A stretch of 64,000 nucleotides of DNA from Eledone cirrhosa (taxonomy: Eukaryota), in NCBI GenBank assembly GCA_964016885.1, contig OZ024743.1:37572001-37636000 (forward strand), written 5' to 3'. How positions within the stretch are numbered: the stretch's first letter is position 1; every line of letters begins with the position of its first letter. Shown piece by piece: positions 1-12,782 of the stretch. The notes below the pieces were generated by a model that ran no database searches, was not told where the DNA came from, and was given only the letters and a program-made list of their open reading frames with translations. A program made the translations under genes and the position numbers.

Positions 1-247
1 CCTACCAGTTCAGAGAAACAATTGTCAGCAATATTAATAAAGCCCTTATTGTATAGCAAACCATGTCAGTCTTTTTTATTGATTTATATACATATATATA
101 ATCAGGAACCCCTGATGATTTCTCCCGAATGAAAGAGTTCTAGTCCTGTAGAAGCCTTTTCTATATTAGATGTTTATACCTTTTATAATCTGCTTTGTAT
201 TGAGTACCCTACTTACTGTGGTTATCCCCGATTGAACCTGGGATAAA

Positions 248-287
<40 letters not shown>

Positions 288-425
288 GTAAGGGGTGTAT
301 GTGAGTGTGTGTGCGTGTGTGTATAAAGAAAATAAGAAACGAACAAAGAAGTGGATACTTTAATAAAAAATCGTATTAATTTCACGCTTATCAGAAGCAG
401 AGTGATACACGCCCCCCCACACACC

Positions 426-598
<173 letters not shown>

Positions 599-717
599 GT
601 ATGTTTGTGTGTGTGTGTATCAGTGTGTGTCCGTGTGTCTATTTGTATTTGCAACCATTATATACTTCATGAGTTCATGGAATTTAGTTTTCATATTTTG
701 TATATTGTGAGTGAATA

Positions 718-800
718 TAGAGGTTGTCCCCCCAAATATATACATATATTTATTAGAATGCTATTGAAGTGTGTATACATTTTTTTGGGGAAGGCCTGTA
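718..800. mobile_element. Possible Tc1/mariner-type MITE (~80 bp)
   Basis: Imperfect terminal inverted repeats (tagaggttgtccccccaaatatataca vs reverse complement of tgtatacatttttttggggaaggcctgta), TA at both ends, no coding capacity. Confidence 0.35.
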
Positions 801-923
801 TATATGATGTATTATATAATATATACATATATATATATGTATATATATTTATATATATATATATATATATACATACATATATATATATATATTCATATAT
901 ATACACACACACAGAGACCCCCC

Positions 924-968
<45 letters not shown>

Positions 969-2621
969 CATATATATTTATATACATATAATTAGCTAAC
1001 CGTCATAAATATGTAATCAATTTACGGTAAAATGTTTTCTCCATATAATAAACTCAGTCCAGGAGCGAGGATATCTCTTTCATTCTGTATATATTCTTCT
1101 CTCTTTCTCAATCTCACTTTTACTATCTTTCTCTCGTATACATACTTCCTTCCATCTTTCCTTGTTTCCTTTCCTGTCGAAACGAATACACGACCCGGTT
1201 TTGATTTCCACTTCAGAAGCAGCACCATTAAACTTAACGTCGGATTGATCACAGGAAAAATAATTGTTCATTTAAAATCTTACTTGATATCGATAGCTGA
1301 TTGTCTCGACATGGCATGTACTGGTTGTAATGATGACTACTTAACCCAACATTCGGTAAAGTAAATAAATATTGCAAACAGTCACACATACACTGATTTC
1401 AACAACCGGTTTTTAAACGCACCGCAAGTTATACATAAATACATACGCGCATACATACATACTTACATACATACAAACATACAATCAGACAGACAGACAT
1501 TCATAAATATATACATAAATACATACATTGTTCAACCGCGCTTGCATACAGCCATTCATACATGTATACATATATTCTTGCATAAATACACATATGCATT
1601 CAAAAAGACCTATTTATAAAAGAAAACGTTTGTATGGTTCTTGACACATGATTTCATGGAGGACAGACAAGCATGTATCAACACACAAATATACACACAC
1701 AGAGTAAATGTACATATATACTAATACATGTATATATAGCATCACACGTTACTCAAACATATATGTATCTCAATGTATATGAATGCCATTCAAATATCAA
1801 TAGTATTCCAGAATGTATACACATACCCAACTATCTATCACTTTCTCCCCCCTCTCTCCGTATATATATATATATACATAAATAAATATATATATATACA
1901 CAAACACACAGACTCGCATGTATATCAAATACACATGTGCGTGCCTTGGTGTGTGGGCGCAGGCATGCTTTCTCTCGCGTGTATAGGCTTCGATCTACGT
2001 GCTAAATATCGATTTTAAATAACTGCTTGCCAAAACGATGGCATCGAAGAAAATTTGAAGTCTGTGGAAAAATTTTCTTGCGTGATTTAACGATTCTGCA
2101 TTAAAGCAAACTTTAACTCACGATTCAATTCTTCTTAATGTTGCTCGTGTGAAAGAAGTCTGCTGGAATGGTAACTTTCTCGCTGGATATTTTAATACTA
2201 CAATTTCAAATCCTTTCCTATCCTACACCGATTTCTATCTCTCAGAAACGCCAATGTTTTAATCTGTATTTCTTCCAAGAACACGCAATTACCTTTATAT
2301 ACTTTTCTATGTTTCTATTTTGTTTTCAAGACTTAATTATGATATCAGTGCAATAGAGATAGGAAAACTTCGATTTTAAACTATAGTCGAGGATTACTCA
2401 AATATCTGTCAAAATGAATACGTTTCCCACCTGATGAAATGTCTTTAGTTCGTGACCAAGAATTAAGAATCGCTACTATTATTCTGATTTAGAAGAGAGT
2501 TTAAACTATTCTCGATAACAAGAATTTTTCCAGAACCGAACTCATACTCACAGACAAAGATCCCTACCGTCACAGATGAATACATGCTTACATAGATACA
2601 CTCATATATATATGTACACAC

Positions 2622-2717
<96 letters not shown>

Positions 2718-2796
2718 GTATATATTGTATATATATATATATATATATGTGTGTATATATATACATATATATCTATATATATATCTGTATTTATGT

Positions 2797-3340
2797 CAGG
2801 TCACCAGTTGGTGCTACTGGTAACATGTATCCCAGTACAACCTGTCTCATGGTCGGGTCGTTGGCCACTAAACTGGCAACCCCACCAAGGTTTCTTGGTG
2901 AGGAGGGTGACTTTGGACATCCTGCAGGACTAAAAACAAAACCTGTCAAAGGGCAATGGCCCTCTTAAGAGTCAATGGCCATCCAAAATCACCGGGAGAG
3001 ATGACCCCTTAGCCTTTGTCAAGGCAGAATTCTAGGAGAAGGAAAACTGATATAACACCTGCAACCCTGATGGTATCCAATGATGTTGACTTGTTCTTCT
3101 TTTTGGTAAATATCATCTTGGTTAAGAGAGTGGGACTGGCTTTGTGCAGTGCCTTTGCTCACTATAAAAGCTTCACGGTACAGGAATTGCTTTATATCTG
3201 GAGATCACTCTACACTTGTCATCACATAGTTCCATGGGCCCAGCACTATGTGTCAATAATTATCACAAGTGTAGCATTTGTACCAGAGTTTTCAAGTCGT
3301 TGGCTGGACTAAAAAGTCACACTCATTCAGCGCATCGGTA
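2797..3340 (+). mobile_element. GC-richer interspersed repeat fragment, resembling an RTE-type LINE 5' UTR or derived SINE
   Basis: Compositional island between microsatellites. Motifs aactggcaacccc and ctaggagaaggaaaact resemble RTE-clade leader sequences from memory. No ORF support. Confidence 0.3.
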
Positions 3341-3448
3341 GGGGTTCTCCTACATGGATATAAAGTAGTGGCCGTACTTGAAAACCAGTTGGCAGCCACC
3401 ATATCTATATATATATATATGTATATGTATATATGACGATATATATGT

Positions 3449-3544
<96 letters not shown>

Positions 3545-3822
3545 GTGTATATACACTCACACATATATATATATATATGTATATACATATATATGTATAT
3601 ATATATATATATATATGTAAACTTTTATATGTAATAATCTCCCATTAGGTTGAGATACACATTTGGCTGTATTGTGTTGTGCTTTATAGCAAAAAAGCCA
3701 CCAGCCGTAAGCAACTACCACACCCCTTCCAACCTGACCGCTACTACGTCACGATTCTTAGCCATTTTGAATGAATTCTTGGCGTGATCACTTTCAAAAA
3801 TTTAGTGTCTAGATCAGAGCAA

Positions 3823-3907
3823 ATCTCCTGATGAATCCGATGCTCGAGCTACATAATTATTACATAATTATTGTAACTCAAAATGCTGACGAAACCATGG
3901 TAGAGGT
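3823..3907 (+). ncRNA. Type I hammerhead ribozyme motif with long stem II insert
   Basis: atctc-CTGATGA-(~56 nt)-GAAAC-CATG-GTA-gaggt. Stem I atctc/gaggt, palindromic stem III ACCATGGT, GUA cleavage triplet. First stem II pair is mismatched (A-C). Confidence 0.65.
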
Positions 3908-4165
3908 ATTTAAATGTATTCTATTTTCTCCTAGTTTATTTTACACCTAATTCTGTTTAATTGACTGTATCTAGGCGATTACGCTGTCGAAATATTCGAT
4001 AAATATTCCATTGCGGCCGACGCGAAGGGCTAGTTTCGATTATTTGTTGGAGATTTCTTCATAGAAGCCTCATTCTTATAGCCTGGTCTATTCGATTTTT
4101 TATATAGTTAATTACGCTAATTGGGAGAGGAAATGGTATATATTTTATCTTGTGATTCTAAAGAC

Positions 4166-4206
<41 letters not shown>

Positions 4207-4211
<5 letters not shown>

Positions 4212-6836
4212 TGGAATAAATGCTCTGAAATAGCGATATATATGTGAATATAGACATAGAATATTCGAAAATATTCTGTATGTTTATAATAAACATTTTG
4301 AAGACCTAATCGCTATAGAATAGAATACGTCACGTATTACAATTAGATTCTCGATAAAAGCAAGGGAAGTAATCTACGCGTTTCATTCTTGTTAGAAATC
4401 ATCAGGACTACATATCCAGTGCTTTTATCGAGAATGACACAGCTAGAGACTTATAGAATACTTAGCTGTGTACAGGAACTGGTTTGAAAGAGCGGTTGCC
4501 GGTCCGGCAGAAATTAGAAATTGGAATAAATGCTCTGAAATAGCGATATATATGTGAATATAGACATAGAATATTCGAAAATATTCTGTATGTTTATAAT
4601 AAACATTTTGAAGACCTAATCGCTATAGAATAGAATACGTCACGTATTACAATTAGATTCTCGATAAAAGCAAGGGAAGTAATCTACGCGTTTCATTCTT
4701 GTTAGAAATCATCAGGACTACATATCCAGTGCTTTTATCGAGAATGACACAGCTAGAGACTTATAGAATACTTAGCTGTGTACAGGAACTGGTTTGAAAG
4801 AGCGGTTGCCGGTCCGGCAGAAATTAGAAATTGGAATAAATGCTCTGAAATAGCGATATATATGTGAATATAGACATAGAATATTCGAAAATATTCTGTA
4901 TGTTTATAATAAACATTTTGAAGACCTAATCGCTATAGAATAGAATACGTCACGTATTACAATTAGATTCTCGATAAAAGCAAGGGAAGTAATCTACGCG
5001 TTTCATTCTTGTTAGAAATCATCAGGACTACATATCCAGTGCTTTTATCGAGAATGACACAGCTAGAGACTTATAGAATACTTAGCTGTGTACAGGAACT
5101 GGTTTGAAAGAGCGGTTGCCGGTCCGGCAGAAATTAGAAATTGGAATAAATGCTCTGAAATAGCGATATATATGTGAATATAGACATAGAATATTCGAAA
5201 ATATTCTGTATGTTTATAATAAACATTTTGAAGACCTAATCGCTATAGAATAGAATACGTCACGTATTACAATTAGATTCTCGATAAAAGCAAGGGAAGT
5301 AATCTACGCGTTTCATTCTTGTTAGAAATCATCAGGACTACATATCCAGTGCTTTTATCGAGAATGACACAGCTAGAGACTTATAGAATACTTAGCTGTG
5401 TACAGGAACTGGTTTGAAAGAGCGGTTGCCGGTCCGGCAGAAATTAGAAATTGGAATAAATGCTCTGAAATAGCGATATATATGTGAATATAGACATAGA
5501 ATATTCGAAAATATTCTGTATGTTTATAATAAACATTTTGAAGACCTAATCGCTATAGAATAGAATACGTCACGTATTACAATTAGATTCTCGATAAAAG
5601 CAAGGGAAGTAATCTACGCGTTTCATTCTTGTTAGAAATCATCAGGACTACATATCCAGTGCTTTTATCGAGAATGACACAGCTAGAGACTTATAGAATA
5701 CTTAGCTGTGTACAGGAACTGGTTTGAAAGAGCGGTTGCCGGTCCGGCAGAAATTAGAAATTGGAATAAATGCTCTGAAATAGCGATATATATGTGAATA
5801 TAGACATAGAATATTCGAAAATATTCTGTATGTTTATAATAAACATTTTGAAGACCTAATCGCTATAGAATAGAATACGTCACGTATTACAATTAGATTC
5901 TCGATAAAAGCAAGGGAAGTAATCTACGCGTTTCATTCTTGTTAGAAATCATCAGGACTACATATCCAGTGCTTTTATCGAGAATGACACAGCTAGAGAC
6001 TTATAGAATACTTAGCTGTGTACAGGAACTGGTTTGAAAGAGCGGTTGCCGGTCCGGCAGAAATTAGAAATTGGAATAAATGCTCTGAAATAGCGATATA
6101 TATGTGAATATAGACATAGAATATTCGAAAATATTCTGTATGTTTATAATAAACATTTTGAAGACCTAATCGCTATAGAATAGAATACGTCACGTATTAC
6201 AATTAGATTCTCGATAAAAGCAAGGGAAGTAATCTACGCGTTTCATTCTTGTTAGAAATCATCAGGACTACATATCCAGTGCTTTTATCGAGAATGACAC
6301 AGCTAGAGACTTATAGAATACTTAGCTGTGTACAGGAACTGGTTTGAAAGAGCGGTTGCCGGTCCGGCAGAAATTAGAAATTGGAATAAATGCTCTGAAA
6401 TAGCGATATATATGTGAATATAGACATAGAATATTCGAAAATATTCTGTATGTTTATAATAAACATTTTGAAGACCTAATCGCTATAGAATAGAATACGT
6501 CACGTATTACAATTAGATTCTCGATAAAAGCAAGGGAAGTAATCTACGCGTTTCATTCTTGTTAGAAATCATCAGGACTACATATCCAGTGCTTTTATCG
6601 AGAATGACACAGCTAGAGACTTATAGAATACTTAGCTGTGTACAGGAACTGGTTTGAAAGAGCGGTTGCCGGTCCGGCAGAAATTAGAAATTGGAATAAA
6701 TGCTCTGAAATAGCGATATATATGTGAATATAGACATAGAATATTCGAAAATATTCTGTATGTTTATAATAAACATTTTGAAGACCTAATCGCTATAGAA
6801 TAGAATACGTCACGTATTACAATTAGATTCTCGATA
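4207..6836 (-). repeat. Tandem array of a 310-bp hammerhead-containing unit (retrozyme-like): 8 full copies plus a 150-bp partial
   Basis: Unit starts at 4207, 4517, 4827, 5137, 5447, 5757, 6067, 6377 and 6687. No differences seen by eye, no ORF reported in the track, and the left end abuts (TA)n. Confidence 0.97.
4369..4411 (-). ncRNA. Type I hammerhead ribozyme (copy 1 of 8; others at +310 intervals up to 6539-6581)
   Basis: Minus strand reads GUAGUC CUGAUGA U-UUCU-AACA-AGAA-U GAAAC GC GUA GAUUAC: intact CUGANGA and GAAA boxes, 6-bp stem I, palindromic stem III ACGCGU, GUA triplet. Stem I is extended by a perfect 16-bp helix (4347-4362 with 4420-4435). Confidence 0.85.
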
Positions 6837-6886
6837 TTTTCGAATATTCTATGTCTATATTCACATATATATCGCTATTTCAGAGC
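6834..6886 (-). repeat. 53-bp inverted (fold-back) copy of part of the 310-bp unit
   Basis: Exact reverse complement of 6702-6754 (gctctgaaatagcg...cgaaaatat). Confidence 0.95.
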
Positions 6887-6902
6887 TGGGAATTCTCCCG
6901 TT

Positions 6903-8342
6903 CTATTGCCAGTTGCAGTAGATGTCCGCCAAGAGGCTTCCGAACAAGTCTGGCATCTGTACATAAAGTTCATAGGGCAGACCATCCAAATTACCCCTTG
7001 TGCAGCTAGTCATTGCCTCCCGTACTTCAGCGGCTGTTATCGGCTTTTCGCAACACTCCACCTCAGTGGCCGAGAGCCGCGGCAGTCCGTCGAGGTAGAC
7101 ACTAAAGTCCATCCCTCGATCCGACCAGCCGCTACCCCCGAACAACGTAGCGAAGTGTCGCTGAAAAGCTTTAAACATTTGCCCGGGATCGAGTAGCATG
7201 CGCCCGTCGTGGTCCACCAAAGACCGGATCGTAGCTTTGTTGCCACGACGCGCCTCCGCCACTCGGGCCCATTGAATGGCTTTCGTCCCCTCGTGTCTGA
7301 GAGCACGCACCCTAGCTGTTCGTGCTTTGCATTGAAGAATTGGTCAAGGGCCAATTTCGCCGCAAGTGCGTCGGTCGCGATGCCTTTGCTAAGCGCCTCG
7401 TCTAATTTTCTAACTAATTCTCCCTCTGTTCTATTTTTCTCTATTGCTAAAGCCTTACTGAACCTAATGGACTCTATTCTAATTGTCTTTTCAGAGCAAA
7501 CCACCACTTGTTGTTGACGATGGCCCCCGTCAACGCCCGCTTAACTAGTTCGCTAATCCGGTCTCTGTAGGTCTTGCGCGCTGGTAAGGACGCGTTTAGC
7601 TTCAAGTAGCCGGGACCTCGTCTAAGAAGCCTATCTAAGTCAAGTACACAGATCACGAATTTGTGGTCCGTGTAGCTGACTATCTTGAATTGTGGACAGC
7701 CTATGCTAGACCTATCTATTTCCCTACAAAATACTCTATCTAGATATGATCTGGATGACCCTATGCTATTTGTCCCAGTCCACATTGGCACATTCGGGAA
7801 ATCTAATCGGTACCTGTCAGACAGTTCAAAACGCCTGAGCACGCTGGTGAGGCTCTTGCACCCTCCTCCTCTATCCGCTAATCCCACACAGTCCCAGCGT
7901 GCATCTAAGATCCCGTTCCAGTCGCCTACTAACACTAAAGTTCGGGACGTTCCAAGAAAGGTCTCCAGACGCCGGAACAAATCAGGCCGCCCTGCTCCTG
8001 TCGGGGCATAGACGGCCACTAGCCTTAAAGCTTGGCCGTCTCAGCTGGTCACGTCCAGCACCACCAACTTACCTTCTGGGTCCAAGAAGATGGCACGTAT
8101 GGCGAGATCCAAACCTCTCCGAAAAAGCACAGCAACTCCTCCCCCCGATCCCGGACGGCTGGGAGATGCGTACACATCGTAGCCGCCGAAGTCGGTGCTA
8201 AGGCCCGTGCTTCGGAGATTCTGCTCTCGCTGATGGCCACTACATCTATGTTTAGTGACCTGAGGTCGTTGAGCAGGTGACCCTGCTTCCATGACGACCC
8301 AAAGCCACGCGCATTTATGCTGCCTATTCTGAGTAAGATCAT
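6903..8342 (-). pseudogene. Frameshifted ORF2 N-terminus (APE endonuclease and linker) of LINE copy A
   Basis: Split across ORFs 8049-8342, 8041-8376, 7474-8019, 7037-7507 and 6903-7310. Confidence 0.88.
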
Positions 8343-8437
8343 GTTGAAATGGAGTGGAAAAGATGGGAAAGACCACTTACCTTGCTTCTCGTAGAGGAAG
8401 GACGGTTACTCCATCCTTTTCACTGCTTGTGGCCTCC

Positions 8438-10001
8438 TCAGGAGAGTGCTTGTCGGAAGTCTCCGATGTCTTTGGGGAATTTTTGTTTTAGTGTCATGTA
8501 CGTTTTCTGTGTGATGCGAGTGATTTGTATGTGTGGAGGTGGTGTGAACTTTTGGGTTGTTGTGTTGTCTTTTTCTGTGATGCTGGTGTTGTGTTGGATG
8601 TAGTGTAATAATTGGTTGTTGTTCAAATTTAATGCTGTGTAGTGTGATTCGTTTTGGTTGTTTTGTTTTGTTTGCGTTTGTTGTGGGTTTGTTTCTGTTT
8701 CGATTTTTAGTGACTTTTGTGGTGTTGGGGTTAATGATGGTGTTGGTCTTTGTGGTGATGGGGTTGGTGATGCTGGTGTGGATGGTGGCATATCTGTCCT
8801 ATCTTTTTTGTTTGATAGTTTATTTGTTTCCCTCCGTATTTTGTTTTTGGAAGGGGAGGGAAGAGAATTTTTTCTTTTTTGGTTTCTTTTTTCCTGATAC
8901 CGTTTCCCACTCCTCGTCGTCACAATCTGTCTCCAGTTGTGATAGGCCGGGGAGTGGAAAATCCTCCACAGGCGTTGGTTTTAGTTGTAGCGTGGTGGGT
9001 GGTGTAGGCGCTGGTGCTAGTTCTGGCGCGTTTGGTGGTGGTGGTGTTGGTTGTGCTACTGTTGATGGGGTTGTTGCTGTTACAGTTGCTCCTGTTGTTG
9101 CTGCTATAGTTGTTGCTGCCATCTCTGCTGCTGGTGGTGTTGATGGTTGAGTTACTGGGGTGGGTAAGAGAGGTGGCCTCAACCTTTTAGCCTGAGGGCA
9201 GAAAGCCCTCCACCACAAACGACCACAAACGACACACCTAGGCATTCTGCCCTCGACGATTACAGTGAGGTGGCTGCCGTCAGTGAGGTCTATTACCTCT
9301 GGGATCTCCTCAATGCTTTTTTGGTCCGCTTGGATCAGGAGCTCCATCCCTGATCCGGACCAGTTCTCCTGCTTTTCTTTCGCTATTTCGATTATCTTGG
9401 TGTTGGCGTCGATGCCGGCGAGGACTGCAGCTATTAGCCAGGGAATTTCGATGGCACGTGGAACGTGGGTGACCCTGATCTTTACGAGTCTCTGGCCACA
9501 ATAGCTTGGGACGAGTGTGAAGTCGTCACTTCTTAATGGGTCCATGGAGTGTTCTCTAGCCTCCTGTGGTGTTTCAAAGAACACGTCCACGGTTCCATAT
9601 CTTTGCCCACGTCTGATGTGGGTTTTTTTTGCCCACACATGTCCCAAAGCTTTTTGGATTTGGGACTCGGATGCCCGTTCCACTCGGCGCGATTTTATAT
9701 TAATTGTTCTATAAGACACGGTGCATAGGCGCCGATGCTCCATTTTATTAGGTGTGTGTGTAGGGGGGACCCTGTACCCATCTTTCTTTACCATTTTTTT
9801 GGCTTCTCTTAATTCCTCCTGAGTTACCTGAAATGCTTCGCACTGTTTTGCTACTCTGTCAAAACTCAGGGTGGTTTTCTTAATGTCATTGTTGCTGTTG
9901 TTGTTATCGTTATTTTTGTTATTATTAATTTTAGTTTCAGTTGTGGTGGTGGTGGCGTCAGTGGTGTTCGGTGTGGAAGAGTTCATTTTGGTTGAGTTCA
10001 T
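8438..10001 (-). pseudogene. ORF1 (gag-like) of LINE copy A
   Basis: 393-aa ORF 8820-10001 plus frameshifted tail 8438-8923. Homologous to ORF1 of copy B, with a degenerate zinc knuckle (CVVCGRLWWRAFC) and a Pro/Thr-rich tail. Lies upstream of the APE ORF. Confidence 0.8.
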
Positions 10002-10489
10002 TTCGATATCACGAGTTAATTAATTTTTTTCTTTTGTTTCTGTTGTCACGTTGGTGGTGGGGGTGGTGGTTGTCGCGGTGGTGGTTGAGGTGGCGGCATT
10101 AACACCTGCAGTCATTGGTAATAGCGGGAGATGAATGTCTGCCTGAGACAAATTTAAAATATTGCTACTGCTTATAATTTTAGTGTTTGGCAAACGTAGC
10201 AATATTTACAGTGGTGGTGTCGGTGTGAGGTGTTAGTTTGTGAGGAAGGAGTGAACCTGAGTCATCCATGATTTTTAAAAGAATAACTTTTGTTTGATAA
10301 TTATAAAAGTTTAAATTTTGGGCTCAAGGCCCCAATCCTTTTGGGTGTCCTTTTCAGATAACAATGTATGTGCACATATATACAGTTAACAATAACAAAT
10401 TTCCATGAATGGCAATTTTAAACAACTGAAAATAACAAACCTTTGCGGAGCTCACGATGATACGATTTAGATTTACTACGTAGGTCGCC

Positions 10490-10538
<49 letters not shown>

Positions 10539-12370
10539 GGATGGATAGACTACAGAAAGGCATTTGACATGGTGCCTCATTCTTGGATCACCAAAAGCCT
10601 GGAGATCTTCAGGGTGGCAGATAACATCAGACAGTTGCTGGGCAGGAGTCTGGGGTCCTGGGAGACAGAGTTGACATCAACTGGAGAATCCTTGGAAAGC
10701 GTGAAGATCAAGAGAGGTATCTTCCAGGGAGATAGCCTGTCCCCTCTGTTGTTTGTCCTTGCCCTAATGCCCTTGACCATTATGCTGCGAAAAGTGAGAG
10801 CAGGATACAAGTTGGGAAGGGGAGAGCTTACCATCAATCACCTCCTCTTCATGGACGATCTTAAGCTCTTCGGGAAAAGTGAGAAGGAGTTGGATGTGCT
10901 TGTTGACACTGTCCGTATTTTCAGCAGTGATATATGTATGCAGTTTGGTATTGGTAAATGTGGAGTCATTGTGATGAGGAGGGGTAGGTTGAGCAGAAGT
11001 AGCGGGATCCAGATACCAACAGGTGAGATGATAAAGGAAATTGACTCTGAGGAAGGATACAAGTATTTGGGCGTTCTGGAGGCTGATGGCATAAAGAACA
11101 AAAAAATGAAGGAATTGTTAAGAACTGAATACATTCGGAGAGTAAGGAGCGTATTGAAGTCACATCTGAACAGCAGAAATGCCATAAGCGCAGTAAATTC
11201 CCGAGCTGTGTCTATTATTAGGTACAGTGCGGGAATTCTGAGATGGAATGTTGCTGAACAAAAAGAAATGGATAGGAAGACTAGGAAGCTATTGACTATC
11301 TACAACATGTTCCACAAGAGGAGTGATGTCGATAGACTCTACCTAAGGAGATCTGAGGGTGGAAGAGGTCTTATCAGCATAGAGGACTGTGTTCAGATGG
11401 AGAAAAACAACCTATACAAATACGTGACCTATAGTAAGGAGCCAATGCTCAAAACAGTACTGAAGGAGGGGACAGTAGGCCAGGGGATGTCCAAGGAGGA
11501 AATAACATCAAGGAGGAAGAGCAGCCTTAAGGGAAAATCCCTTCATAGTACCTTCTTTGAGAAAACTGAATTTAGAGATCCACAGACATGGAACTGGTTG
11601 AGAAGAGGAGACCTCAAAAAGGCTACAGAAGGAATGATAATGGCTGCGCAGGAGCAGGCCCTCAAAACGAAGTGGTTGAAGCACCATATTTACAAGGAGG
11701 AGGCTAGCCCACTGTGCAGGATCTGTGGAGAGAGAGAGGAGACTGTGGCTCACATTGTGTCCGAGTGTAAACACCTAGCCCAGACCCACTATAAGGGCTG
11801 GAGACACGATGTGATGGGCAGGGTGATCCACTGGCACCTGTGCAAAGTAAACAATTTACCACACTCTGAGAAATGGTATGAGCATAGGCCGGAGGCGGTG
11901 ATGGAGAACAATCAGGTGAAGGTGCTGTGGGATTTTAGGATACAGACGGACAAAAAACTGGAACACAATAGACCTGACCTGGTGGTTGTGGACAAAGAAA
12001 AAAGATCGTGTCTGATTGTGGATGTGGCCTGCCCGTTCGACACGAGAGTGCAAGAGAAGGAGAGGGAGAAAATTAACCGATACCAGGACCTAAAGTGGGA
12101 GGTGAAAAGGATTTGGAACTGCCATGAAGTCAAAGTGATCCCGATTGTCATAGGCGCACTGGGGACTATCTCCAAAAGTTTCCAGGGATGGTTAAAGAAA
12201 ATCGGCCCCTTCACGCTTTTTGGAACGCTTCAAAAGGCATGCTTGCTTGGAACAGCAAGAACCCTCCGATACGTCCTGAATATCTGAGGCTGCAGGTAGT
12301 GGCTTGATATTCATTCCAACGGACTTTCCAGTTAACCAACATCAATGACTGAGATTCAAGGAATAACAAC

Positions 12371-12402
<32 letters not shown>
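10490..12402 (+). mobile_element. R4/Dong-type LINE copy 1 inserted in (TAA)n
   Basis: (TAA)n tracts on both sides (10490-10536 and ~12362-12402) and a short 3' UTR. Dong elements are known to target TAA repeats. Confidence 0.88.
10536..12287 (+). CDS. 5'-truncated RT plus restriction-like endonuclease ORF of an R4/Dong-clade LINE (583 aa, uninterrupted)
   Basis: RT motifs [27 protein letters not shown] and YKYLG; CCHC knuckle CRICGEREETVAHIVSEC; RHD; PD-(D/E)xK-type RPDLVVVD...IVDVACP. Confidence 0.93.
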
Positions 12403-12404
<2 letters not shown>

Positions 12405-12782
12405 TTTTCTTTATTAACCACAAGGGTTTACATAAAGTAGACATTAAGGACAGTACAGAACAATACAGGACGGTACAAATGGGCATTTCTGCGTGTAAAA
12501 ACAAAAACAGAGGATGTAACAAAAAATAACAATGAAAAAAATTCCCCAATAGGGGGGAGACTTCGGAGGGACATTTGTGGAGAAAGCCCAGTAAAAGGCC
12601 ACAATGACCCTGACCACCAAGGCAAGTGCCCTCTCCCAGTTTTCCACCTTTAATTTACAGATATATACTCAGAGTAGGCCCATTCACTCGGGCCATTCTT
12701 GCTTCTCTCACCCATCTTTCAACAAAATGCTGGGAAGAGAGCACTTCCCTCTCTACTCTGATTTTCCTTTTCAAATGAAATT

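Larger units (their letters stand above)
6887..10489 (-). mobile_element. Tx1/L1-clade LINE copy A: 5' region, ORF1 and APE endonuclease; 3' part (RT) missing
   Basis: ORF fragments with APE motifs (IGSINARG, AVYAP, LVGDWNG, SYLDRVF, TDHKFV) and GLPYELY. Nearly identical to 14580-15500. Upstream end abuts (TAA)n at 10490. Confidence 0.9.

Noticed and set aside
2425-2470. CTGATGA box suggesting a hammerhead
   Set aside because: No matching stem II, GAAA and stem I arrangement found.
4207-6836. CRISPR array, or 5S/tRNA/snRNA tandem gene cluster
   Set aside because: No variable spacers, no cas genes and a eukaryotic context. No recognisable 5S, tRNA or snRNA sequence in the unit.
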